A DNA stretch of 64,000 nt from Eledone cirrhosa. Taxonomy: Eukaryota. Shown here piece after piece: positions 41,710 to 54,620 of the stretch (position 1 is its first letter; each line of letters starts with the position of its first letter). A program made the position numbers and the translations under genes. The notes under the pieces are model-generated. The model did no database searches. It was not told the origin of the DNA and saw nothing but the letters and a program-made list of their open reading frames with translations. Where the stretch lies: the NCBI GenBank assembly GCA_964016885.1, contig OZ024740.1, forward strand, positions 352,222,001 to 352,286,000. Direction: 5' to 3'.

Positions 41710-41713
<4 letters not shown>
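37151..41713. repeat. 310-bp tandem array (~3.8 units in one orientation, ~10.9 units in the other), each unit with a hammerhead ribozyme: retrozyme-like
   Basis: Unit starts recur at 37151, 37461, 37771 and 38081; orientation flips at 38333/38334; 5 substitutions seen; flanked by (TA)n. Confidence 0.97.
38447..38489 (+). ncRNA. Minimal type I hammerhead ribozyme (representative of 11 plus-strand and 4 minus-strand copies)
   Basis: GTAGTC-CTGAAGA-T-TTCT(AATA)AGAA-T-GAAAC-GC-GTA-GATTAC: CUGANGA and GAAA core, stem I GUAGUC/GAUUAC, palindromic ACGCGT stem III, predicted cleavage after GUA at 38483. Confidence 0.85.
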
Positions 41714-41752
<39 letters not shown>

Positions 41753-41820
41753 TTATATATATTTAAACATGTGAGTGTATATATACATATATATATATAT
41801 ACATATACATAAACATATAC

Positions 41821-41853
<33 letters not shown>

Positions 41854-42137
41854 CTTTCAAACGTTCAATCATCTGACAGAAAGGTATACGATGCTGACGA
41901 TAGCTAATAAGCTTGAAACTAGTACATCGCTCCTGTGTCAGTGTTGAACAAAAGGGCGACGATGGTTGCCGAGCACTGTACGGCGTAATTCGGGCTGTTT
42001 GTTTACAAACAAACCGAACATTATAATAAATGTTCGGTAAACCCATACGTACATATATATATATATATGTGTGCATGTATGTATATATATACATACTACT
42101 GTACGTCTGTACACATATATGTATGTACGTATACATA

Positions 42138-42207
<70 letters not shown>

Positions 42208-43129
42208 TACATATATATATATATACATATATATACATATATATACATATATATACATATAATATATATATATACATATATATATACACATATATATATA
42301 TATATACATATATATATACACACATATATATATTCACATGCGCGCGTGCGTGCGTGCGTGCGTGCGTGCGTGTGTGCGTGCGTGTGTGTGGGGGGTGCCT
42401 GTGTGTGCGCGTGTGTATAAGTTGTCTGGGTGTATGTACGCCTTGTGCTAAAAATTTGTAAAACAAACACACACGAAACTTTTATTTTTTTGCCACTTCA
42501 CCGGACAGGTAATGGTAATGTTTATTTTGATGTATAAAGTTGCTGATCCATACACTTATTAAATTTTGTTTATGTCTATGTATTCATATTGAAAACTCTA
42601 GCTATTTTGTCTTGCAATAAAAAAAAAAGGGGGAAGCAAATACATAGATACGTATACAAAATCAGACAAAGAAACAGTATTAAAAACATATTAAAAACAT
42701 GCACATTTTAACACGAATTACAGGATAATGAATGAGGAAAGGGGTGATGAGCGATTGAAGAAAAGAGTGAAAGATAGGGATCATCGTTTTAAGATTTAAT
42801 ACACGTCTGTTGGTGTATGTATATATATATTTATATAGATGCACACACACACAAACAAACACACACATTTGTGTGCGTGCACGCGTTCATAAATCAAATA
42901 CTGTTATTCTAATAATTATTCACTGTATGGGAGTCCAAGTTTCAGTTAATCTCTTCTAGTTAATATCCATCATATATTTAAATATACATACATACACATT
43001 TATTATACTTGTCGTGGGGTCATTTTGATATATTGTTTTTAGTCGCCTCTTGCGACACGCGGACATCTTGTGTATCTGTTCTATTGTTTTTAGGTTTATT
43101 GTTCTGTAAAAAAATGTTCAACGGGTTTT

Positions 43130-43310
43130 CACATGAAGTAGAGACATGAGCATTAAGAAAGTTGGGAGTGGAGGAATAGTTGGTTAGATTAGTGATGAAA
43201 AACTATGAGAAAACGCGTACAGTTGAAAGAGCAAAGGGCGGTTATAGTGATGAGTTTGAAGTGAAGGCTGGAGTGTATCAGGGATCAGTATTAACGCAAC
43301 TATTTGTACG
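43130..43310 (+). pseudogene. Small degraded RTE RT fragment
   Basis: Translates roughly to ..ALRKLGVEE*LVRLV..YS.EFEVKAGVYQGSVL, similar to 11230-11380. Confidence 0.65.
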
Positions 43311-43767
43311 TTTGATGCAGAGTATCTTATAAATTTGCTCTCTCTCTCCCTCTCTCTCTCTCTCTCTCCCTCTCTCTCTCTCTCTCTCCCTCTCTCTCTC
43401 TCTCTGGGAACGAAATTAAAAGAGGTCTATAATACGCAACCGCAGAGATGAATGGAGGAAGAGATGAAAAAAAAGAGTGTGACAGAGAAAGAGAGAAAAT
43501 CTATGTGGGTAATATCTTTCAAAGAGAAAAAGGGTAATAAGGAGAATCAATGATTTCTAGTATAGGCACAAGGCCAGTAATTTGGGGGAGGGAATGTCAA
43601 TTAAATCGACCCCAGTAAGGAGAATCAATGACAGGGAAAGTGAGAAAAAGGGACAGTGTGAGAAGTCAACAGACGCGTGCGCGTGAAAAGACACACAACA
43701 ATACAGAACTATTAATATATACATCTGTTAACAGAGAGAGAGAGAGTGAAAGAGAGAGAGAGAGAGA

Positions 43768-44128
<361 letters not shown>

Positions 44129-45689
44129 CCCGTTTACATATAATCCACAATACATACTCACGCGGGGGTACAAATGTGTGTGTATGAGATGAAAGCGTCC
44201 TGTAACCCATTAATGAATCGTTGAATCACTGATGAAGAGCCGAGGGAATCTTAACTAAATTTGTTTTTGTTTTTTATCTTACATGCTTATCATTTCGCTT
44301 CTCTTTATTACTAAGAAACCTCATCTACTTCTCCACCTTCACCTCACAGAGAGGGCAAGGCTTGGTGGCAGAGAAAAAGTCAGTATGGAAGAATAAAGAA
44401 ATGAGAAAATAAAGAGGATGGCGTAAAACAAGGATGTACCTTTTATTTCAGAATGTTTTCAATTCAAATTATCCCCGTGTTCATAAAAAAAATGTACAAA
44501 CATATTTTGTTTACATTTTTAGAACCAACAATATTTCAGATTTTCAGAAAATGAAACAATACTATACTAATACTTTCATTATTCATACAATAGAGCCTGA
44601 TGGCTGCTTAATGCCAGTGGATTAGCAGAATCGTTGAAGCCTCGGACAAAATGCCTTGTACTATCTAGTTATGGTCCTTTACATTAGATACCTCGGTATT
44701 TGTACTGGCTCTCTTCTCTCTGAGTTCAAATCCTGCCGAGTTCGATTTTGCCTTTCATCTTTCGGGTTTAATAATGTAAGTACTGTTCAAGTACTGGGGT
44801 CGATATAATCGACTGTTCTCACCCCTCAAAACGTATGTCCTTGAGCCTACATACGAATTCATTAATTTCTTCATTTTGTTCGCATACAATAGAGCCTTAT
44901 GTCCGTTTCTGGTGTCTACTTCCGTTGGACTTTCTGGTCCCAATTATTTTTCTTTCTCTGTCTAAATATTAGAAATATAAAAAAAGGTATTTCGTTATTT
45001 ACTGACTAATCTAAAATATTTTATTACAAGTAGTAATCATGATCCTACATAGCAATGTAGTGTAGAAGGCTGTTAAGTAGATCAGATTCTTTCTTTCTAA
45101 ATGACTCCCGTTATATAAATTCGTCTAAATCGCTTGAGATCAAAATCTGACAGTCTTGTGGAAGAGAAGATATCTCTATATTTTGAAAAATGTTGTTTAA
45201 CCAATGTAATTTGACTGAGATAATTTAACTACTTGGCATGTAGGAATTACATTAAATTGATATAAATTACTTTTAACTTCACAAATGCAAGTGATGATTC
45301 AAATTTTGTACAAGTATCAGCATCAATATTATAGATGTACTTTTTGTATGGACCCCTACCGCCTGCTAGAGTTGTAGGGGCGCCGTCGGGACATACAGCG
45401 TGTGTTAGGCATTTTAAACCTGGAAAGGCCGATCCCTCTCCAGGTCTAAACACAACTGATTTCTTAGATAGAAAGATAGAGAAATAATCGACCCCCAGGT
45501 CTTGACTGCCACATTATCGACATCGAAAGGCAAAGATGACCTGGGCGAAATTTGAACTCAGAAGCCAGAATGAATACTGTCTACCAGCATATCATGAAAA
45601 ATTATACATCTCATATGTCTGAAGAGGACATGTGCTGGTTTATGTTATACACAAAATTTTGCATCTTCGAAATATATATAATGAAGACG

Positions 45690-46013
45690 AGCACTTACCT
45701 CTTTAGTGATGCCCTGATTAACTTTTTCAAATTTCATTTGAAAAGGAAAATCAGAGTAGAGAGGGAAGTACTCTCTTCCCATCATTTTGTTCAAAGATGG
45801 TGGTCAGGGTCGCCGTGGCTGTTTTTTAATGGGCTTTCTCCACGATGGCCCTCGGAGGTCTCCTCCCTATTGGGGAATTTTTCATTGTTCCTTTTTTTGT
45901 TACATCCTCTTTTTTGTTTTTTGTACACGCAGAAATGCCCATTTGTGCCGTCCTGTATTGTCCTGTACTGTCCTTAATGTCTACTTTGTGTCAACCCTTG
46001 TGGTTAATAAAGA
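45690..46013 (+). mobile_element. Possible L1/Tx1-type LINE 3' end
   Basis: ALINFFKFHLKRKIRVEREVLSS..F.QRW followed by a T-rich UTR ending in AATAAAGA at the gap. Confidence 0.4.
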
Positions 46014-46213
46014 NNNNNNNNNNNNNNNNNNNNNNNNNNNNNNNNNNNNNNNNNNNNNNNNNNNNNNNNNNNNNNNNNNNNNNNNNNNNNNNNNNNNNNN
46101 NNNNNNNNNNNNNNNNNNNNNNNNNNNNNNNNNNNNNNNNNNNNNNNNNNNNNNNNNNNNNNNNNNNNNNNNNNNNNNNNNNNNNNNNNNNNNNNNNNNN
46201 NNNNNNNNNNNNN
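46014..46213. other. Assembly gap (200 N)
   Basis: Run of N; the round size suggests a scaffolding placeholder. Confidence 0.99.
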
Positions 46214-47238
46214 ATACAATATGGAATGTTTATTCACAATTATTTTCCATCATATACGTGGAATATCTTGTGTATTTCGAGAGGCGTTTGTGGAGAAAAC
46301 TTGATAAATCAATACATCTGGGAAAAAAAAAAAAAAAAAAAAAAACAGATAACAAGGAATAAAATAAGATTTTTCAGAATATAATTACACTGATTTTTGT
46401 CAGGTTAATTAAAATCGATTTCTTGTTTCAAAGTATAATGATCACCTGTAACAGCTGTTGAAAGAAAGAAATTCCAGATATTATAAAAATACAGCCATGA
46501 AGTTTACATTGTTTATATCGTATCAGTTGGTGGTATAACATACTCACATTCATGATTAGATATGATTCATACTATCTTATATACCATGTATATTATCGTG
46601 AAGTATCTGAAGTTATAAATTAATTTTTTTTTTAATTTAGTCATGTATTTAAGTAGTGTTTTAGCTAAGTGATGTGTAGTGTGTGTGCGCGCGTGTGTGT
46701 GCATGCGTGCGAAAAGTAAACCGAAAACAATAAAGCAAACAATACAGTACAATGAAGATATATTTTAGTTTAACGTTTGATCCAGTGGGAAAAGAGTCTT
46801 AATGTTTCGAACGCTAGTCCTTCATCAGAAGATGGAATGAGAAATAAAAGAAGAAATAGAAAGATAGAGGAAAAATTTGTGTACGGAATGTTCAGCTACT
46901 TTAATTAATTTCACGGGGAAGCTGGTCCGTTGATCGAACGACTGGAACACCCATCGACCATACTGACGGGTATATATTCCATTCCACAGTCATTATAACA
47001 TAAGATAACCGGTTTCAATCGAAGGTCCAGCCTGGTTCATGAGTTCTTTAATCTACAGTACTCACAATAGACAGAATAAATTTACTTTTAATTGACTATA
47101 CGTTAAAATTGTATTTCTAGTGACTGAGCTTTGCTTTGCTTCAACGAAATTTTATTTATATATTTTTTTAAATTTTGAATATATGTTATGTTAAAGATAA
47201 CTGCTTCAACGCAGTCTTGTGGAAGAGAAGACATCTCT

Positions 47239-47416
47239 CAGACCTACCAATCTCTAAAAACCCAAACGGGGAGTACCATGAGAAAATAAGTGCTCTAAAA
47301 CGGGGAGAAATGAGGCAATATGGGGAGATTTTACATAATGGAAGCTATACCCATTTTCACAAGAGAAGACATTTCTCACCCACACCAAATTGGGTGGGAG
47401 ATAGTTGATAGGTGTG
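47239..47416. mobile_element. MITE family A, copy 3
   Basis: CAGACCTACCAA...TTGATAGGTGTG; flanks CATCTCT / CATCTAT. Confidence 0.75.
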
Positions 47417-48163
47417 CATCTATATATCTTGAGAAATGTTGTTTCACCAAATACCGCAATGACATGTTATTCGACACTTTATCAATTCTGCTAATCCACC
47501 ACTTTATAGGAATAATTGTTCAACTATGAAAAATAGTCGAACAAGTTGGGCATGTAAGCTCCAAGAGTCGAAAAGAAAAGTGAACATTACCTGAATTATA
47601 CGTTTAGTTCTTAGTCAATCTCCCATCATCTTCATATCGATTATTAAATATTCAGTTACAGCTCTTTTCGTATCGAAATGTTTATTTTGCCTTTCAACCT
47701 TCCTAGATCGATAAAATAAAGATCGGAACGTTGGCGGCCCGTCTGAGGAAGGAGCCCTGTAGGCGGGGTGGCTGTTGCAGCAGGTGTCGCTGGGAATTGT
47801 CCGCAGCAATGCTTTTGCGATCTTGCCCGCGGGGTGCAGCCCCTTTACCACCGCGCCCTATCCCCAGAGCCCATTCATCCTCCCCCTTCCCCTATTCCCT
47901 TTTTTCTGTAACACTAGAGTCCTTGTCATTCCCTCCTCTTCCCGTTTTTTTCCTTTTTCTCTTTTTTTCTTTATATTTTTCTATTTTATATTCCATTCTT
48001 CTCAATCTAAATTTTTTTTTCTTTTTCTATCAAACTGTATTTACATGATATATTCCATAAATAAAATTATCCATCCAGTACCTGTTAAATAAAAAGGTCA
48101 GTGTAATCAACTACATCACTTCCGCTAAATTTGAAGCCATGTGTATTTGTCATTACTACTAAA

Positions 48164-48353
48164 GGGCGGAGTATTGGCAGTATCGGTAGAAGGTCGGACG
48201 CTATGCTTTGCAGCATAGAGTTACGCCCCTTTATGGTCTGAGTTCAAATCCCGTCGAGGTTAACTTTGCCTTTCATCCTTAAGGGGTCGATAAAATAAAG
48301 TACCAGTAATGTACTGGGGTAATCACTGGCCTTGTGCCAAAAGTAGCAACAAT
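48164..48353 (+). mobile_element. tRNA-derived SINE family 1
   Basis: A box, B box and core as in 26911-27095. Confidence 0.85.
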
Positions 48354-49658
48354 TATTACTACTAATCCAGTCGTTATCAGTTCTTCACTTCTAACTACAC
48401 TCTGTATGAAGTCTTATTAAACTTCACTGGTTCTGAATGTTCGCATTTCATATTATTGGTTTCCCATACTTCATCTTTGCTTCTTTTTTTTTTAAACGAA
48501 AAATTCTAAAATATTTTTTTGATACAATAATTAATATAAATTAAAAATTGATGGAAAGAATAAAAAGAGAACGAATAATTAAAAAAAGAAATCAAAATAT
48601 TCCTGCGAAATATTCTCAGAAAGAAGATTTACTATTTCATAACATTAGCTCATATAAGAGACATTTTAAAATCAATGACACTATTATGACATGTTTAATT
48701 GACAAGGCATACAAATAGATAAAATATCGTTGTGGTTAATCACCAACTCTAAATTACAACACCAAGAATATATAATTTATTAAAGAATTATTTAATTTAA
48801 GCGAGGTAGACACTTATTCAGTGAAATTTTCGATGGAAATGTCAAATCAGATTGGAAAAATATAAATTTAAAAAATTAGAATTTTAGTAAAACGAAAAAA
48901 TAATATTGATTTCTATTGATCTTTTTAATATTGGATTTTTTTTAAGAGAACCAAAAATATTGATTTCTGAAAATATTGATTTCTGAAAAAAAGATAGAAA
49001 ATATCAAATATAAAAGCGGATTCGTGCGCTTTTCAGCAAAAGGTCATGGAACGTAAACGTAATCCGAAATGCTTAATCTGCTCTACATAACATGAGAAAA
49101 TTACGTTTCATAAAAAAAAATAACATGTTTTATGGTCTGCTCTGATATCTAAAACTTATTCATCGCAATTTTTCATAACACGAACGAGTAAAATTTCGAT
49201 ATAGGAAACATTAAAAAAAAAAAGGACAGTCGATTAAATTTACTTGTTCGTGTGAAACGAATTTTTTTTTTTTTTTTTTTTTTTTTTTAGTGGGATGTTC
49301 AAATGGTTAAAACAATCCCGGAATGCATTAACCCCTGTAACCCTGGGTCAAAATCACACAAATCTAAATTCATATTGTATTTTTTTTTTTTTTTTACTAT
49401 CGATTTCTATTTTATAATATAATTAAGTTTGATTTTTAAAAGAGAGGAGTATAATCGGAGTAATAAGTAACTTGTACTTATAATAGAGGACAAGAACCAT
49501 GAATAAACGGTGTCCACATTGCAATGTCTGGTGCACAGCTCTCTACTGTCATCACTCTTATCGAACAACCAATAACAATTGAATATGTAGTTTGGCAGCA
49601 TTGTTAGAGCGTCGACCAAAATGGCTATATTATTTAGTTACTGTCATTTATGTTCTGT

Positions 49659-49935
49659 GGGGGCACGTAGCCTAGGTAAGGGTGTTGGACTTACGATCAT
49701 AATATCGTGGGTTCGATTCCGGGGCTTGGTTGCGTATTGCGTATTGTGTTCTTGAGCAAAACACTTCATTTCAAATTGCTCCAGTATACTCAGCTGAAAA
49801 TGAGTAGCTGGGGTTTATTCCTGCGATGGACTGGCGTCCTGTCCAGTGGGAAGTCTTGTACTCTCAGTCGCTTCACGCCATGAAACCGAGATAAGCACCG
49901 GCCTAACGAGCATTCTGGCTTAAGACAGACTTTTA
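49659..49935 (+). mobile_element. tRNA-derived SINE family 2 (CORE-like), near full length
   Basis: tRNA-like head with GGTTCGATTCC, central GTGTTCTTGAGCAAAACACTTCATTTC; the tail is shared with ~33020-33100. Confidence 0.75.
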
Positions 49936-51094
49936 GACACTTACGTTCTGAAATCAGATCCTCCGAACATAAACTTGGCCTTTCTTTCTTCTGTGGTCCT
50001 TGAATAATTAAAACCACAATTACAGAAATGGTAAAGCATCGGTTAAAATGCTTTTGTACAGTTCAAATCCTGCCGAGATCCACTTTGCCTTTCATCCTCC
50101 TGGGGTCATTAAAATAAAGTACCAGTCATAGACTAGGATTAATTTAATCACCTGGTACCTAAATTAGAAATCAATTGTTCCCATAATGCACCCTAGATGT
50201 AGATAGAATTATAATATCAGAAAAAAACAAATTTGCTGTCGGGGGATAGTACAACTTCAATGTCACAGGAAAGGAAAGAGTCGATCGTCAGATCGAACCA
50301 AGATCGAAGACTATGCTTCAATTGATCTTTCTATTGCTGATACTATCCGTCGATCGGAAATCCTGACAGGAAGAAACGAGATTTGGATTCAAAGCGCACA
50401 AAGCCATCACATACCACAAAGCATACCGTCTAGCCATGGATTTTATCGATTCAAAAATGATGAAAGGCAAAGTTGACCACGACAGAATTTGAACTCAGTA
50501 CGCAAAGAACCGGAACAAAAACTGTGGCATTTAATCCGATGCTCTAACGAGCAATTTCTCTGCCCCGTCAGTTAGGTTTTAATACTGTGTATGACCTTAC
50601 TAGTGAGTTGTAGGTGTAGCAAGGTACTACAATCTAAGAAATGGTGACCGGGTCGTTTGTCACATTGAAATAATAACAGAAATTGCAAACTCACTTAAAT
50701 ATAATGATTTCTAGTACTGGCACCCGGTCACAAGTATATGGAAAGAACCGAATTCATAGATTGTTGTTACCTTTATTGAATAAAACATCTATGTCAACTA
50801 ATCACAATTTGAAATCAGAATGTAAAAGGTTGAAACTTAATACCAACGCCATACAAGTAGTGGTACCTACCACACTCCAGTAGTAAATTTGATAAGTATA
50901 TCGTGTAATATTTATCGTGTAATACCCGTCTGTTGTAAAAAAATTTAAAACACTTTTAGATAATCCGTTGGCAACCTTCTTCAAATGCAGTTATATTTAA
51001 TTTGTGTTGGTGTGTTCGTTCCAATAAGCTCTAAATGTTTCTCAAATGTCGACATTATATCTGCATCGGTTCCGCATGAGTAATTTTATATATA

Positions 51095-51192
51095 CAGGGT
51101 GTCCCCAAAAAATGTATACACACTTTGATTACCTGTACAGGCAATATTTATTAGAATGCTGTTGAAATGTGTATACATTTTTGGACACCCTG
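51095..51192. mobile_element. ~100-bp Tc1/mariner-type MITE, copy 2
   Basis: TA-CAGGGTGTCC...GGACACCCTG-TA. Confidence 0.85.
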
Positions 51193-51228
51193 TATATATA
51201 TATATATATATATATACATATACATGCG

Positions 51229-51313
<85 letters not shown>

Positions 51314-52144
51314 AGAAGTGCGCAAGCACAAGCAGCCCAAATATATGATAAAGTTATACCTGATTCAATATAGTGTGTAACCGAGATTGCACCAACGTAT
51401 ATATAATATTTTTAAGCTGTTAGAAATATTAAAAAATAAACAAAACAATGTTAAAATAGATTCTAGAATCCCAAAGCTCTGTTGACGTTCTACATACCAT
51501 AAAAAGCAATATGAAGAGATTAATCGCGTCTGTGTATCTTGCTATACATTTGCGCCATTCAGGTTTAATCGGTTAGATAGATATTTCTAGATAGATATTT
51601 AACATCCTGCTGTGAGAAATAATTGATGGTTCTTTTCGTCTTTGTGATATCGATTTAATACAATTACATAAAGCTGACACTTATATCGTAGTCAACTGAT
51701 AGACCAAATACAATTATATAATAACTGTATTTTTTCTGTTGGTAGTTGTGTTTAGACAGATAATCTTGCATAGATTCCTGTAGTAAATTTGATAAATATA
51801 TCAATATTTATCGTGTAATACCCGTCTGTTGTAAAAAATTATAAAACATTTCTGTTGGTAGTAGTGTTTAGACAGATAATCTTGCATAGAGGAATCAAAA
51901 ATATATTTTGTACTTGTGATTATATACGTCGTTCACATTAAAATCACAAAATAGTAATAACCAAAGAGTAACTTTTACCAAGAGAACACAAACGATATTC
52001 AGTTTATTTATTTATTTATTTATTTGTGTTCCGTGGCTGAGGCCATGCTGGGGCACCGCCACCGATGCTACACTTCCCATAGCCAGCCAGCGATCCCTGG
52101 TTGACCAGTGATGCAAAAGGTCACCAATTTGCTAACTTAATGAA

Positions 52145-52608
52145 ATAATTGTTTCTTATTTAGGCACAAGGCCAACGATTTCGGGGACGGTAAAGTCGAT
52201 TAAATCGACCCCAGTGCTTTACTGGTACTTTATTTTATCGACTCCGTAAGGATAAAAGGCAAAGCTAACCTCGGCGGGATTTGAACTCGGAACGTAAATG
52301 GTCGTAACTCTATGCCGCGAAGCATAGTGTCCGACGCTCTACCAATTCTGCCAATTGACCGCCCCAAATTCTTAAATTAATAAGCATACATTCTACTTCT
52401 TAGAAATTAGAAACGCAAATAATTGTATCTACTATTGGCACAAGGCCAGCAATTATCCAGTGTATTACTGGTACTTTATTTTATCGACCCCATAAGGATG
52501 AAAGGCAAAGTTAACCTCGGCGGGATTTGAACTCAGAATGGCAAGGGCCGTAACTCTATGCGTCAAAGCATGACGTCCGACCCTCTTACCGATACTGCCA
52601 ATCCACGC
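52145..52608 (-). mobile_element. Two adjacent SINE family 1 copies
   Basis: Family core at ~52222-52290 and ~52467-52535. Confidence 0.85.
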
Positions 52609-52821
52609 CATGCAAATAATGCCCTCGTTAATACGATCCTATTAGGGCAAAAATAGGCTTACACAGCCACCTTAGAACACACAAATTCAATGGAACTAAA
52701 TTGTCAGCACCGAGAAATTATATATATATAATTATTGATGGAGTCAAGAATTATAGCATTTATTATATTTCAGATTATGGGAAAGAACAGACGCTACTTA
52801 ATGCAATACATACATACATAC

Positions 52822-52852
<31 letters not shown>

Positions 52853-52867
52853 CATATATATATATAC

Positions 52868-52906
<39 letters not shown>

Positions 52907-53242
52907 CTGTATATAATGCATTAAGTAGCGAAGAGTGAAAAACGGCGAATATTGGACTTGGCCCATAAAAATGCCTATAAAAGTTACAAATATAACGCAA
53001 AATATAATAAAAGAGAGGGGTCGCTTTATGCGAAGGGACGTCGAATAGGCTGGTAAATACGGTATATTGTTATTAATAATTTAACGTTAAAAATATATAT
53101 ATATTGCCACGGAAAAAAAGCCATAAATAAAGGCGGAAGATATTTACGATTCCGCGAAAATGTGGTGGTTTCCACGAACAATTATTAGTTAGGTTCTAAG
53201 GACAATTCCGCGAATAACCGGGACCACCAATATGTGGGGGTA

Positions 53243-53278
<36 letters not shown>

Positions 53279-53409
53279 GACGAGTGTTTTAAGGCCATTT
53301 TCCCTGCTAAAGCAGGGGTTAGTCGTGCAAGCTGCATGACAAACTTCTCCATTTTTCCATGTCTTCAAACCCATGGCGTTCATTTTCTACATCATCTTTA
53401 GCCATGTAT

Positions 53410-54180
53410 TTCTTGTTCCTCCCCTTCCCCTCCTTCCACAGTTATCTCCTTCTCCACTGGCACGCAGCTGGATAGCAATAGCCTGCGCATCGGTGTTTCT
53501 TTGAGGCTTGGCCTCCGGATCTGCGAGCCAGACCATTGTCGCTGTGGATCCACCGTGGACTCTTTCGGCCTCCACCCGCTTTCCTGTCACCACAGTACCG
53601 GCCGCCTTCCACGCCATGCTGCCCCCATAAAGCATGACTTGGACGCTGCAAGCTTCCCTTCCCAGCTCGAGTCGATGGGGCTGGACCGAGGGGACGGCAA
53701 AAGGCCAGACGGCATGACCATCTTCCCGTTCCGCGGTGGCAAACCCCTCGTCTGGGATGCCACTTGCACTGACACTTTCTCCAGCCGCAATCTGGTGCAG
53801 TCTGCGACTAACCCAGGTTCTGCTGCACGTCGGGCTGAGGAGGCCAAACTCTCCAATACCGGTCGCTCTCCGACAGGTTTGCGGTCGTACCCTTGGCAAT
53901 GGAGACTTCTGGTGTCCTCGGCCCTAGGGCTACTTCCCTACTCACCACCATAGGCACTGAGCTGGCCAGCCGCAGGTGTTAGCCTCGCGAGTTGGAATGG
54001 CTCTTCCAACGCGTCTCCCTTGCCGTACTCCGGGGAAACGCCTTCTCCATTCTATCCGCCGGGGCTGTGGGGAGGCCATCAATATGATTGACTGACTTGT
54101 CATTTTATCAGTCAGCTGATTATTATTAAGTCTCAGAGCTGGTCATTTGTGAACCGCTTGTTATGAAAAAATATATTGAA
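53410..54180 (+). mobile_element. 5'-truncated CRE-clade non-LTR retrotransposon: zinc knuckle plus restriction-like endonuclease, frameshifted
   Basis: LRLG..C..CRCG..D..GLH.LSC...RH...KRPDG.T..PF..GK.LVWDATC.DT; downstream frames give PLAMETSGVLGP and FQRVSLAVLRGNA. A small related piece lies at ~55105-55195. Confidence 0.8.
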
Positions 54181-54194
54181 CTGAAACATTGGAA

Positions 54195-54620
54195 GGTTGT
54201 TAAGTTATTTCCATCACTTCTGTCACCCAGTTACTTTCATCCTTCTTCAACTCATGACCCAACCATCTCATTACATTTCTCTTCACAACATTCATCACAT
54301 GCTCTATTCTCATAATCCTCTGCAATTTATTATTTCCTTCCCCTCTCTCAGTAATATTCCACACATCCACTGTACCATTCTTGTTTCTGTTCTTTCCAGA
54401 CTTTTCTGATGCTCCCCGTTCACCATCCATGGCACACTCCCATAAGCTGTTTGTCATACGTGTAGTATACACCTTTTCCTTCAATTTCAGCGATGCCTTT
54501 CTTATTAGCACACAACTCTGTTCTTGGAACTTATATTCACATCGATATACGGTCATAGGGTCTGATCTACCTTCTCCATTCAACATGTTCCCCCGTACAC
54601 ATTTTATAGGACTGTAGTTA
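54195..54620 (-). pseudogene. Degraded RTE 3' fragment
   Basis: ASLKLKEKVY...VVKRNVMRWLGH..K.DESNWV. Confidence 0.6.

Noticed and set aside
37151-41713. CRISPR array, rDNA/5S, or protein-coding repeat
   Set aside because: Units are identical with no variable spacers, there is no ORF of 60 aa or more, and no rRNA/tRNA similarity was recognised.
45787-46384. ORFs spanning the N run
   Set aside because: Artefacts of the assembly gap.
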